From a virus: 64,000 bases of DNA. Where the stretch lies: positions 1-64,000 of the IMG/VR virus record IMGVR_UViG_3300037470_000856; one strand, 5' to 3'. Shown piece after piece: positions 46,836 to 55,321 of the stretch; position 1 is the first letter of the stretch; each line of letters begins with the position of its first letter. The notes beneath the pieces were generated by a model. The model ran no database searches. It was not told where the DNA came from and worked only from the letters and a program-made list of their open reading frames with translations. The position numbers were made by a program, and so were the translations under genes.

Positions 46836-46837
46836 AG

Positions 46838-46874
46838 CTCAAAGCCTCCTGTGACTCTCACAGGAGGCTTTGAG
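46838..46874 (-). promoter_or_regulatory. 17-bp perfect hairpin sequestering the AGGAGG RBS of the endonuclease gene
   Basis: ctcaaagcctcctgtga-ctc-tcacaggaggctttgag. The RBS (46845-46850) lies 9 nt before the GTG at 46835. Confidence 0.8.
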
Positions 46875-46883
46875 ATAGGACGA

Positions 46884-47939
46884 TTAGTCCCCGGAGCCGC
46901 CGAACGCCTCGTTGAGTGTCGCGGCGATGGATTCCCGGTCCGGCATCTCGTCCTCTTGGTGCGTCTCGCAGAGTCCCCACCGGAAGCAGCCACCACCGGG
47001 GGGAAGCTGCGCCAGACGCACCTTGTGGCCCTTCCGATCGGTCCGGGCCCAGTCCACCACTTCGTCAATCTTCGCAGAGCCCTTTGAGCTGTTGCGCTCG
47101 ATGACCGCCTCAAAGAAGGCCGGGTTCTCCTTGCCGTAGCGGCCGGGCTGCTCCTCGTTGCGGCGACTCCGGATCGCGTGGAAGAGAGTCTCGAGTTCGC
47201 GGACCATTTCGATGTGCTCGGGCGCGAGCTTTGCGATGAGGGCGATCTCGTCCTTGCGCGCGAGGATGCACGGGTAGCAGCCGACGCGGTTGTGCCCCAT
47301 CGTGTAGAGCGGGTTCACGGGGATGTCGTGGCGCTGGTGAATGCGAAGCACGTCGTCGGTACGCCAGTGGTGGATCGGGAGCCACATTTGGCCGTCCCAC
47401 TGCGAGTCGAAGTACCACCGCTCCTTCGCGGCTCGAGACACGCTCTCCTCGGCGCGCACGCCGATGACGTTGACCGTGTCGAGGTCGGTCTCCTCCTGCA
47501 CTCTGAGGTGATAGTTCTTGATCGGGCGCAGCTTGTACTCGATCGTGCACCACCGTCCGATGCGAAGAGGCGACCCTCCCCGGTACAGCATCCCGCGGGG
47601 GAGCGCGCCGAATTTGCGGCCGAGCCTCTTCTCCGCGGCCTCGACGAGTTCCTCAGCCCACGGCTCGAGCTCGGGAGGCGTCGTGCCGACCACGGCCACG
47701 TCGAGCCCGAGTTTCTCGGAGATCTCGTGCACGTAGTCGACGGTGCTGTCGGCCTCCCACCCCGTGTCGGCGAAGACGTGCCTCGCCTCGATGCCGTGCT
47801 CGATCAGGGCGAGCGCGGTGGCGACCGAGTCCTTCCCCCCGCTGAACGAGACGATGGGCTGGTAGTCGGTGAGGTCTGGGACGAAGGAGAGGTCGGTCTT
47901 GGTTTCCGTCCACAGGGAGAGACCGTCGGACTTGCTCAC
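46884..47939 (-). CDS. Phosphoadenosine phosphosulfate (PAPS) reductase-family protein (351 aa)
   Basis: SFSGGKDS PP-loop, FADTGWE, RWCT..K, GVRAEES..R, NPLY..G..RVGCYPC. Confidence 0.85.
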   Translation of the reverse strand: MSKSDGLSLWTETKTDLSFVPDLTDYQPIVSFSGGKDSVATALALIEHGIEARHVFADTGWEADSTVDYVHEISEKLGLDVAVVGTTPPELEPWAEELVEAAEKRLGRKFGALPRGMLYRGGSPLRIGRWCTIEYKLRPIKNYHLRVQEETDLDTVNVIGVRAEESVSRAAKERWYFDSQWDGQMWLPIHHWRTDDVLRIHQRHDIPVNPLYTMGHNRVGCYPCILARKDEIALIAKLAPEHIEMVRELETLFHAIRSRRNEEQPGRYGKENPAFFEAVIERNSSKGSAKIDEVVDWARTDRKGHKVRLAQLPPGGGCFRWGLCETHQEDEMPDRESIAATLNEAFGGSGD

Positions 47940-48949
47940 TCGTCCTCGTATTCCTGCAAGGCCTGGACGAGCAGGCCCCGCGCGACCGCGTCGAGCGGCT
48001 CACGGGCCGCGCGAACCTCCGACACCTCGATCGGAAACTTCCTCTTCTTCTGCTCGAAGACCTGCTGGAAGAACTCAAGGAAGCCCCCGGCCTTGCTCGT
48101 GCCGCCCGAGATGACAATCGGGATCGGGTTGGGCAGTGCGAACTTGTTCTGGATCTTGACGAACTCCTTGGCGACGTTGTCGAGCGCGTACTCGATCAAC
48201 GCCTTGTAGTACACGCAGAGCGCCTCCTCGTCGCGGCTCTGCGGGTGCACGAGATTGAGCCCCTTCTCCTTGAGAGAGCACATGCGGGCCTGCGTCGAGC
48301 CAACAGACTTCGCCGCGCCCGCGTCGATCCAGTCTCCTCCGCGCGCCACCGAGAAACTCAGCCCCTCGATGGTGTTGATGGCGAGTGTCACGTTCGTCAT
48401 GCCCGACCCGAACGAGAAGGCGATGCCGCTGAACACATCCTTCGCGCACTCGGAGTAGATGATGGCCAGCGCCTCGTTGCTCGGGAAGGGACGGTATCCA
48501 CACTCGCTCACGATACGCTCGAGGACGCCGCGGTGGTACACAATGTCGCGAGACGGGTCGTCGACGGGAGCCGCGGGCACGGAGAAGTAACAGATCTCGT
48601 TCTCCTCCTTCGGCTCGCCCAGGACGTGTCGCACGAGGACGCCGAGGATTTCGAGCGCGTCGATCTCCCCGGCCGCGACAAGCCCCGACTGGAGCGGACG
48701 ACGGACCTCCCTGCTCATCATGTTCGCCATGTCGTAGGCGGCGTCCCCCACGACGATGAGGTCGTTCTCCTTCTCGATGTAGTTCACGCCCGACAGCCGC
48801 AGCATCTTGCGGTTCTCGGCAGGCAGGTCGAGGAAGGCGTCACGGATACGGTTCGTGACTACGCCCTTCTTGGTGCGCCTCGCGGCCACGATGTTCATCG
48901 TGCCCATGTCGAGGCCAACGCCCAGGGTCAAAACTTCTTCTTCGGTCAT
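47936..48949 (-). CDS. Actin-like ATPase (MreB/MamK/ParM superfamily, 337 aa)
   Basis: GLDMGT (phosphate 1), NEALA (connect 1), SFGSGMT (phosphate 2), GGDWID, ISGGTS (adenosine), AVARG (connect 2). Confidence 0.85.
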   Translation of the reverse strand: MTEEEVLTLGVGLDMGTMNIVAARRTKKGVVTNRIRDAFLDLPAENRKMLRLSGVNYIEKENDLIVVGDAAYDMANMMSREVRRPLQSGLVAAGEIDALEILGVLVRHVLGEPKEENEICYFSVPAAPVDDPSRDIVYHRGVLERIVSECGYRPFPSNEALAIIYSECAKDVFSGIAFSFGSGMTNVTLAINTIEGLSFSVARGGDWIDAGAAKSVGSTQARMCSLKEKGLNLVHPQSRDEEALCVYYKALIEYALDNVAKEFVKIQNKFALPNPIPIVISGGTSKAGGFLEFFQQVFEQKKRKFPIEVSEVRAAREPLDAVARGLLVQALQEYEDE

Positions 48950-48952
48950 CGG

Positions 48953-49699
48953 TCACTTCTCCTGGCTGCCCTTACTTCTACCGCGCCGAATTCGCTTCAT
49001 TTCACGAAGCGCGGCCTGGGCGGCGTCGAGGTCGCCCGTGCCCTCGGTCTTCTGGCTTTTCACGGTGATCTTGCCTTTCGCGTCCTTGTCCACGATGGCC
49101 GCGGGGATGAACAGCGGGTCCTCGGGACCGTCGGAGGTCGATCCCTGCCGTCCCGGGGCACCCACGGGCGCCGGGACTCCCACGCGTCTGAGGACGCTCT
49201 CGAGGACGTTCTCGAGCTGAGCGGCGTCGAGCCCTGGCTGCTGCGCCGGGGCAGGCTGAGGAGCCTCGTGCGGCTCTCGAGCGGCGAGGGCCTTTCCCAC
49301 CTCCTCGGCGATGGCCGCTCGGAGGCTGGGGACGAGATCGCCGATCAGTTCGGCCTTTATCTTGCGCGCAAACTCGTCCGTGTCGATCTTCGACTCGACC
49401 TCGACGATGCGCTCGACCTCGATCACTTCGGGCTCGCGGCGGGGAGCGACCTGCGGACGCGAGCCCGCCACGAAGGGGGGCGGAGGACGACGAGGGGGCG
49501 GAGGACGACGAAGGGATTTCTCCATGCGACGCACCTTTCTGTAGACGCGGACGTTGCCCTTGCGCTGCTCCTTCGCCAGGTCAGAGGACGCGTCCGCGGC
49601 CGCGATCGAGACCCACCGTTCCTCCCCACGCCTGAGCCCGACGATCCCGAGATCCGGGATGTTGCAGGGATCGCAGCAGATAATTTGTGCCTCAATCAT
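48953..49699 (-). CDS. Pro-rich hypothetical protein (248 aa), candidate actin partner
   Basis: ATGA overlap at 49696-49699 gives the start MIEAQIICCDP. Contains RRPPPPRRPPPP (18-bp duplication, 49476-49511) and a C-terminal amphipathic helix. Confidence 0.65.
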   Translation of the reverse strand: MIEAQIICCDPCNIPDLGIVGLRRGEERWVSIAAADASSDLAKEQRKGNVRVYRKVRRMEKSLRRPPPPRRPPPPFVAGSRPQVAPRREPEVIEVERIVEVESKIDTDEFARKIKAELIGDLVPSLRAAIAEEVGKALAAREPHEAPQPAPAQQPGLDAAQLENVLESVLRRVGVPAPVGAPGRQGSTSDGPEDPLFIPAAIVDKDAKGKITVKSQKTEGTGDLDAAQAALREMKRIRRGRSKGSQEK

Positions 49700-50238
49700 A
49701 CGATGGGCGTCTTCTTGAGGATGTTGCCGACCTGCTTCTCGAGCTCGAGCGCGAACTTCCGTCTGGCCTTCTCGTACCCACGTCGGAGGAAGTTGTGCTT
49801 CCTGAACCCCGGGTGAACCCAGGGCTTCTGCATGAGTCCAGGGGTGCTTCTGATCAGCACTGTACCGGGCTGCTTGCCAGCCATCGGGACACGCGAGACG
49901 CCCTCGACCTGCGTGAGCCACTCCATCGGATAGGACTTGCGCCCCTCCGTGATCTGCTCGATCCACGGCCACGTCGAGTGGATCTCGATCGTGTTGCCGT
50001 CGACCTTGTACGAGAAACTCTGGAAGAATTTTTCGGAGGCCGGAATGCCCTCGGGGACCCCCTCAGGCGTGGGACGGCCGCCCTGTTTGGCGAAGTCCTT
50101 GCGCGCCTCGAGGAGAATGGCGCCGAGGAGGAAGCCCCCAAGTTTCTCCATGAAGGGCGGCGTGAGGAAGTCCTCCTGCTTGAGGCCCACCCACGTCTTG
50201 CCGCGGGTCTGCTTGAGTTTGGCGGAGGGTTTGGCCAT
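49696..50238 (-). CDS. Putative neck/tail-completion protein (180 aa)
   Basis: Basic protein with WVHPGF..NFLRRG, reminiscent of HK97 gp10-like proteins. Lies in the neck cluster. Confidence 0.5.
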   Translation of the reverse strand: MAKPSAKLKQTRGKTWVGLKQEDFLTPPFMEKLGGFLLGAILLEARKDFAKQGGRPTPEGVPEGIPASEKFFQSFSYKVDGNTIEIHSTWPWIEQITEGRKSYPMEWLTQVEGVSRVPMAGKQPGTVLIRSTPGLMQKPWVHPGFRKHNFLRRGYEKARRKFALELEKQVGNILKKTPIV

Positions 50239-50251
50239 TCACCATTCCACC

Positions 50252-51763
50252 TCAGAAGTTGAGCAGATTGCCCATGAAGAACAGAAAAGGTAGCGCGTAG
50301 GTGATGTTGGACCAGACCGGAGTGCGGCCCCGCTGCTCGCGCTCTTCGGGGATGTTGTCCTTCTCGGTCTGCCACGCGCCGCCCTGAAGCACGGCCGGGC
50401 GTCCGCGGCACTCGGGCCAGCACAGCTCGGTCGTATCAAACAGCGGAATCTTATACCTGATGTCGCCCTCCTCGAGGTAGGCGATCTGGAAGTGCTGCTG
50501 CATAATGTTGCCGCGATTCGACGGCTTGCGAACCGGGCCGATCGAGTAGCGCTCCCCCGTGAGTTTCACGATGAAGTCACGCTGCGTCAGCAACGGCGAC
50601 GGCCCCGTCCACACGTCCTGGAGGTGCGAGACGTAGCGGCCGTTGGGGGTCTGCCGGACGGCACGCTCGGCGTCATCGGGGGCGACGATCATGTCGTAGG
50701 GCCCCTCGTAGCCGCCGATGTAGCCGGTGCCGAAGCACTCAAGGCAGCGAGAATTGGGCTGCTGGTCCCACTCGATGGTTCGCGGGTCGGAACGGCAGAA
50801 GCACTGGTGTCCGCTCGTCTTCTTGACGAAGACCTTCACGCGCTCGCCGCCCTGCTCGAGGACCCAGTTGTTGCGCCGGATCGCCTCGCGCCAGATGTAG
50901 TCAAGGCGCTCGATCTGCCGGTGGGTGCTGGGCTCAGCAAAGTCGAGAGGCGTCTCGCGGAAGCCGGTCGGGGAGTCGGGATCTCGCGCGACGGTCGTGA
51001 CACGGTACCACGTCTTCTTATCGAGGTCGGTCCTGACTGTGTTCTTGTTGTAGTGGTAGCTGACCGCCACGGCCGACTGCGGCCCCTGGGGGAGGACCGG
51101 CTCGATCCAGCGCTCAGTGGCGAAGTTGTAACCGCGCACGTTGACTAGGGTGATCTCCCCGGTGGGGCCGAAGACCGCTTGCACGGGGACGACCTGCCCG
51201 TCGATGGTGAGCACGATGTCCATCGGACTGTCGGCCGCGATGGACTGCCCCGACTTCTTCACGATCGGGGAGTGCTTCACGCGGAAAGTCCACCGCGCGT
51301 TGTTGGCCTGCACTCCCCGGGAGAGCCAACTCGCGTCCCAGTCCACGACCTCGTTCTCCACGAAGGCATTGTCCGTGAAGTCGCGGTAGAAGGTGCCCCC
51401 CACCGGGGCCGCGTTCAGGCGCACGTAGGGACCACGCTCGGAGGTGTCCGAGCGGTACACATTGACGCCGACCACGGCAAACTTGCCGTTCTTGGCGAGG
51501 ATCGCCGAGTTGTCCCACCGGATGTCGAGCGTCCCCGTGAACAGAGGAGAGACGACCTCGACGTTGATGGGAGGAGCCGGACACTCGTTCGGCCCCGCCT
51601 CCCACCCGATGCAACCCGGGCCGAACGGTCCGGGACTCGGGCACGGGTCAGGGCACGGCGGAGGACATGGATCTGGGGGCGAAGGCGTAGGCCCACAAGA
51701 CTCCGGCCCCTGAGGGTTGGTCTTGGTCGCCCACGGTTCGAGCCCCTTGTTGATGCACGTCAT
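50252..51763 (-). CDS. Putative head-closure/neck protein (503 aa) with Zn-binding CxC..CxxCxGxG
   Basis: GERVKVF..CFC..CLECFGTGYIGGY..PLLTQRDFIV..GERY pattern. N-terminal FN3-like segment. Confidence 0.55.
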   Translation of the reverse strand: MTCINKGLEPWATKTNPQGPESCGPTPSPPDPCPPPCPDPCPSPGPFGPGCIGWEAGPNECPAPPINVEVVSPLFTGTLDIRWDNSAILAKNGKFAVVGVNVYRSDTSERGPYVRLNAAPVGGTFYRDFTDNAFVENEVVDWDASWLSRGVQANNARWTFRVKHSPIVKKSGQSIAADSPMDIVLTIDGQVVPVQAVFGPTGEITLVNVRGYNFATERWIEPVLPQGPQSAVAVSYHYNKNTVRTDLDKKTWYRVTTVARDPDSPTGFRETPLDFAEPSTHRQIERLDYIWREAIRRNNWVLEQGGERVKVFVKKTSGHQCFCRSDPRTIEWDQQPNSRCLECFGTGYIGGYEGPYDMIVAPDDAERAVRQTPNGRYVSHLQDVWTGPSPLLTQRDFIVKLTGERYSIGPVRKPSNRGNIMQQHFQIAYLEEGDIRYKIPLFDTTELCWPECRGRPAVLQGGAWQTEKDNIPEEREQRGRTPVWSNITYALPFLFFMGNLLNF

Positions 51764-51776
51764 CCGTTACCTGTCA

Positions 51777-52136
51777 TCAGGAGGGCTGCGCGCCTCCCCC
51801 CTCTTGAATCTGAGCCGTCCCGGGTCTGTTGACCAGTCGGATGGTGCCGTCCTGCAGCCCGTGCCACTGCACGCCGTCGGGGAGCCCCAGGCGCTTCGTG
51901 ATGCCGGCGATGATCTTCTGACCTTCGTCGTCGAGTTCCTCGACGCGCGCCACGATGCGGAGTTTGAGCAGCTCGTGCTCTCCGCACTTGGCCAGAAGCT
52001 GCTGGGACTCCGCGCGGATGCGTGTCATCGCCCCCTGCTCCTCGGGAGTCAGGCGTCCGAGGATGGACGGGTCGCTCGGAGCCTCGGTGGTGGTCTCGGT
52101 GGTGGTCTCGATCTCGGTGGATTCGTTATTTTCCAT
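51777..52136 (-). CDS. Small hypothetical protein (119 aa)
   Basis: GGAGG RBS before ATG 52136. Coiled-coil core. Confidence 0.65.
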   Translation of the reverse strand: MENNESTEIETTTETTTEAPSDPSILGRLTPEEQGAMTRIRAESQQLLAKCGEHELLKLRIVARVEELDDEGQKIIAGITKRLGLPDGVQWHGLQDGTIRLVNRPGTAQIQEGGGAQPS

Positions 52137-52401
52137 GTGAACCTCCGTCACGGGACACTGTACCCACGCGGCCGAGTTCCTTCTCCTTCTCCTCCTCGAC
52201 GATCAGACGCTTGACGGCCCGCAACTCGGAAAGATACGTGTCGAAAGGCGTTCCCACGCGGTCGTCCAGGCGCAGGGTCCTGCTGTGCGTCACGACGGAC
52301 GAAAAACGAGTGAACGACCAGAAGATGTTGCCGTCCTGGTCCGTATATTCGTAGATTCGGTGCCCCTTCGAGATGGCGGCTTCCTTGGATGTGTCCGTCA
52401 C
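52126..52401 (-). CDS. Small hypothetical protein (91 aa)
   Basis: GTGA overlap with the upstream stop (52398-52401). Reads MTDTSKEAAISKGHRIYEY... Confidence 0.55.
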   Translation of the reverse strand: MTDTSKEAAISKGHRIYEYTDQDGNIFWSFTRFSSVVTHSRTLRLDDRVGTPFDTYLSELRAVKRLIVEEEKEKELGRVGTVSRDGGSHGK

Positions 52402-52910
52402 GGTCCCCCCTTCTCGGCGCCCTCTCTCTTCTGCTCCTCGCGCAGGATCTCGAGAATCTCGTCGAGATCGTCCTCGGCCTTCTCGACCTGCGCCACCTGC
52501 TGCTCGAGCAGCTCGTGCGCGGCCTCGGCGGCCTGCTGAAGTTTGGCGGCCTTGTGGTACTTCTCGAGGGCCTCGCGCTCGCGCTCGTCGAGCACCTTCT
52601 TGACCTTCTCCTTGGGTCGGCACTCGCCCTCGAAGAGCATCTCGTCGGCTCCGCACCCGTCGCGGTGTGGCGGCACGGCCTCCTCCCCGCCAGTCTCGTC
52701 CTGCGCTCCGGAATTCTCGATCTCGTGACCGGACTGCTTATCGCCGTGAGGCTCCTCGAAGCCGTCGTCGGCCTTTCCCTCGTCCATGCTCGCGTCGACG
52801 ATGGAGACCTGTGTCACGTCCTCGTGCTTGTCGTCCTTCGGCACCAGACAGGAGATCGAAAGCAGGAGGAGGCTACTGCTCGCGACCGCGGAGTAGCTTC
52901 TTGACTTCAT
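52398..52910 (-). CDS. Predicted lipoprotein, candidate outer-membrane spanin (170 aa)
   Basis: MKSRSYSAVASSSLLLLSISC signal peptide with a lipobox-like Cys and a C-terminal coiled coil. Overlaps the upstream membrane-protein gene. Confidence 0.55.
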   Translation of the reverse strand: MKSRSYSAVASSSLLLLSISCLVPKDDKHEDVTQVSIVDASMDEGKADDGFEEPHGDKQSGHEIENSGAQDETGGEEAVPPHRDGCGADEMLFEGECRPKEKVKKVLDEREREALEKYHKAAKLQQAAEAAHELLEQQVAQVEKAEDDLDEILEILREEQKREGAEKGGP

Positions 52911-53169
52911 CGATCTTCTCGTCCACATTGTCGAGTTTGCCCTCGAGGCGCACGAGCGTGAGCGTGTTCCTCTGAACCGTCTCGGTCACGTCGGCGAGTT
53001 TATCAAGATCCTCCCGCAGCTCCAAGATGCGCTCGTCCTGGATCGCGTTCGTCACCTCGAGTTTGACGCCCCAGACGATGAGCGGGATGACGAACGCCGA
53101 CAAGACCTTCATGGTGATGTCAAGGACCTTCGCTGTCGAGCCGGAGGTAGTCGTCTGCGAGGAGGACAT
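52873..53169 (-). CDS. Single-TM coiled-coil protein, candidate inner-membrane spanin or holin-like protein (98 aa)
   Basis: VLSAFVIPLIVWGV TM segment followed by a heptad coiled coil. Start ATG 53169. Confidence 0.55.
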   Translation of the reverse strand: MSSSQTTTSGSTAKVLDITMKVLSAFVIPLIVWGVKLEVTNAIQDERILELREDLDKLADVTETVQRNTLTLVRLEGKLDNVDEKIDEVKKLLRGREQ

Positions 53170-53206
53170 GCGAGAACTGCTCTGCCTGCGGGTCTCTATA
53201 GGCTCC

Positions 53207-53569
53207 CTAACAAGCCCGGGAAACGGCGGAGGCCATGAAGCGGCGCGCAACCCGGGCGATCTTGTCGAGAGACAACTCGCCCTTGGTCTCCTTGATCCAT
53301 CCATCCTTCTTGAGAGCGTCCACCGCGCTTCGGAAAAGAGTCTCGCCCTCACCGTGAAACGGCCAGTGGCGGCTGATGTCCTCGGCCATGGTGCTCACGT
53401 TCACGGTGTCCTGGGCGGGCATGGTCTCGAGGTAGCGCAGGATGGCACTCTGGACCTGCTTCATCTGATCCCCGGCGTTGTCGTTGCGCAGGTCCGTGAG
53501 GCCTGAGCGTCGGGCAGCCAGGTCCCCTCTCAGGTACTCCCAGGTCTGTGATTCGTGACGAGCTCGCAT
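53207..53569 (-). CDS. Small winged-helix-like protein with a C-terminal RVARRF motif (120 aa)
   Basis: Helix-rich core ending AVDALKKDGWIKE, then IARVARRFM. Confidence 0.55.
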   Translation of the reverse strand: MRARHESQTWEYLRGDLAARRSGLTDLRNDNAGDQMKQVQSAILRYLETMPAQDTVNVSTMAEDISRHWPFHGEGETLFRSAVDALKKDGWIKETKGELSLDKIARVARRFMASAVSRAC

Positions 53570-53643
53570 TTTGGGCCTCGCGGCGGGCTAGGGGTCACCT
53601 ACGGGTCGTGATAGGAGGGTCACCGGAGGCAAGTTCGTGAAAA

Positions 53644-54017
53644 TTAGGACGGGGTGTCCGAGTGCGTCGAGCAGCCCGTGTAGTCGTGGATCACGTGCCT
53701 GAGGAAGACCGAGTCGGTGCTCCCCGTGTACGTGTTGCTCGTGTCGGTCTGCTGGGCCTCCATCGCCGACTTCGATCCGCCGTAGTACATCACGTAGGCT
53801 GGCGACGTGTTGATGGTTTCGGACCCGCAGTACAGACCTCGGGACAGACCCTGCGTGGTCGCGTAGTCGTGCCACGGCTCGAAAGGACAAGGCTCGAAGG
53901 ACGTAGCCAGGTGTGCTCCGATCGCCATGCCGCCGCCAGGACCATCTCGAGGAACTCGAGGTTCCCGTCCGTGTTGATGCCCGCGACGTAGGCCAGATCC
54001 CCCGGGTGACGCGCCAT
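53644..54017 (-). pseudogene. Small gene split by a single-base frameshift near 53940 (error or real)
   Basis: MARHPGDLAYVAGINTDGNLEFLEMV and GGGMAIGAHLATSF... are both GC3-rich and join in frame if one C is added to GTCCT. Confidence 0.55.
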
Positions 54018-54065
54018 CGGGACCCGATCCAAAAGAGCAAAGAAATCAACACTCTGTGAGAAACC

Positions 54066-54971
54066 TCACACAAAGCTCCTAGGTGAAAGAACCCCCCGAC
54101 CGACATTGGGGCCGAAGCTAGAGCGCACGCCGAAGCCGAACTTCGGCTGCTGCAGACCACGGATGAACTTGACGGTGCGAGCCTTGGCTTCGGCGGCCTT
54201 GTCCTGCTGTCCCTCGGCGTTCTGCTTGAGGCTCTCGTACTTGCTCGACTTCTCGATGCTGAGGCTGATGCCCCCGATCGAGTAGTCGAACTCGTCCGCG
54301 ACCCAGTTGACGCTCAGAGCGAACAGGGCATGCACCGCCGCGCCCCACAGGATGAAGGTGCGCCACTCAGGCTTCTGCTGACAGAGCATGTTGAGCGTGC
54401 TGATACCCGTGGCCGGAGGCAGCGAGTTGAACCAATCGAGTGACATCTGGAGGTAACACAACAGTTCATAGTCCTCCCACAGGTAGCCGAAGACGCGGTT
54501 GAACTGCTTGATCTCCCCCTCCTGCTCGGGAGGACGGAAGTGGTAGTTGCGGTCCGGGTTGTTGTCCCGGAGCATCACGCGGAGTTTGTCGACCAGGCCT
54601 GCCTCGCAGGTGGACAGGATAGGCTGACCCATCACCTGCGACTCGGGGTTGGTCACGCCGAACTCCTGGACAACGACCTGCTCCTCGCCGCCGACGGTCT
54701 TCGTGAACGTCCAGCGAATGCGATAGTCGCCCCCGGACGCTCCCGGGGGCACAAGGAGCGCGGCGTAGTACTCGCCGATGGACGGGTTGACCGGGGTGCG
54801 CTCGGCGGGTCCGATCAGCACCTCGATACCCGGCTCCCCCATGCTCACGTCCACGAAGTAGATCGCGTAGGAGATCGTCGCGGCGTTGCACGGCACGCCG
54901 AGCTCGTCCACGAGGAAGATGGAGAGGTCATTACGACCGAGTTCCGTGCCGACGTTGAAACATACGGGCAC
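54066..54971 (-). CDS. Head-tail adaptor/neck protein (301 aa)
   Basis: LVDKLRVMLRD..LQMSLDWFN..DYSIGGISLSIEKS resembles SPP1 gp15/T4 gp13-type adaptors. N-terminal Ig-like region. Confidence 0.6.
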   Translation of the reverse strand: MPVCFNVGTELGRNDLSIFLVDELGVPCNAATISYAIYFVDVSMGEPGIEVLIGPAERTPVNPSIGEYYAALLVPPGASGGDYRIRWTFTKTVGGEEQVVVQEFGVTNPESQVMGQPILSTCEAGLVDKLRVMLRDNNPDRNYHFRPPEQEGEIKQFNRVFGYLWEDYELLCYLQMSLDWFNSLPPATGISTLNMLCQQKPEWRTFILWGAAVHALFALSVNWVADEFDYSIGGISLSIEKSSKYESLKQNAEGQQDKAAEAKARTVKFIRGLQQPKFGFGVRSSFGPNVGRGVLSPRSFV

Positions 54972-54974
54972 GGC

Positions 54975-55037
54975 TCACATCCTCACGTCCTGGAGCCCGA
55001 AGACGTCGGCGGGGTCGAGGTCGAGGCTGCTCCTCAT
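54975..55037 (-). CDS. Possible 20-aa micro-ORF (MRSSLDLDPADVFGLQDVRM)
   Basis: GAGGAG RBS, GC3-rich codons, and it fills the gap between two genes. Confidence 0.35.
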   Translation of the reverse strand: MRSSLDLDPADVFGLQDVRM

Positions 55038-55044
55038 GCGCTCC

Positions 55045-55302
55045 TCAGTCCTCGTGTGTCAGCCCCTTCATCACCCGAATCTCGTCCACGTAGGTCAGGG
55101 CGGCCACCTTGCTGGTGCGGTTGTAGTACTGCTGCTTGAGTTCGCGGATGGACACGGCGCCGCCGTCCTCGAAGAGGAAGGACACCCGCCCCCCGTCGCG
55201 CGCGGTGCCGGCGAACGTAACACCCGCCACCTTGAGATAGGCCGCGTAATACAGGTCGCTCGTCCTGTAGTGCCTATTCTTCTGTTGTACCTGGTTCTCC
55301 AT
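55045..55302 (-). CDS. Small basic protein (85 aa), DUF5659-like, candidate nucleic-acid-binding regulator
   Basis: YRTSDLYYAAYLKVAG...RVSFLF pattern (family recalled from memory, not searched). Leader carries hairpin motif copy 3. Confidence 0.55.
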   Translation of the reverse strand: MENQVQQKNRHYRTSDLYYAAYLKVAGVTFAGTARDGGRVSFLFEDGGAVSIRELKQQYYNRTSKVAALTYVDEIRVMKGLTHED

Positions 55303-55321
55303 CGTGTTCGTCTCCGTTTCC

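Noticed and set aside
48953-49972. ORF-track starts at 49972, 4659, 52656, 53352 and 55509
   Set aside because: They overlap upstream genes extensively. Downstream starts with stop/start overlaps or better spacing were used instead.
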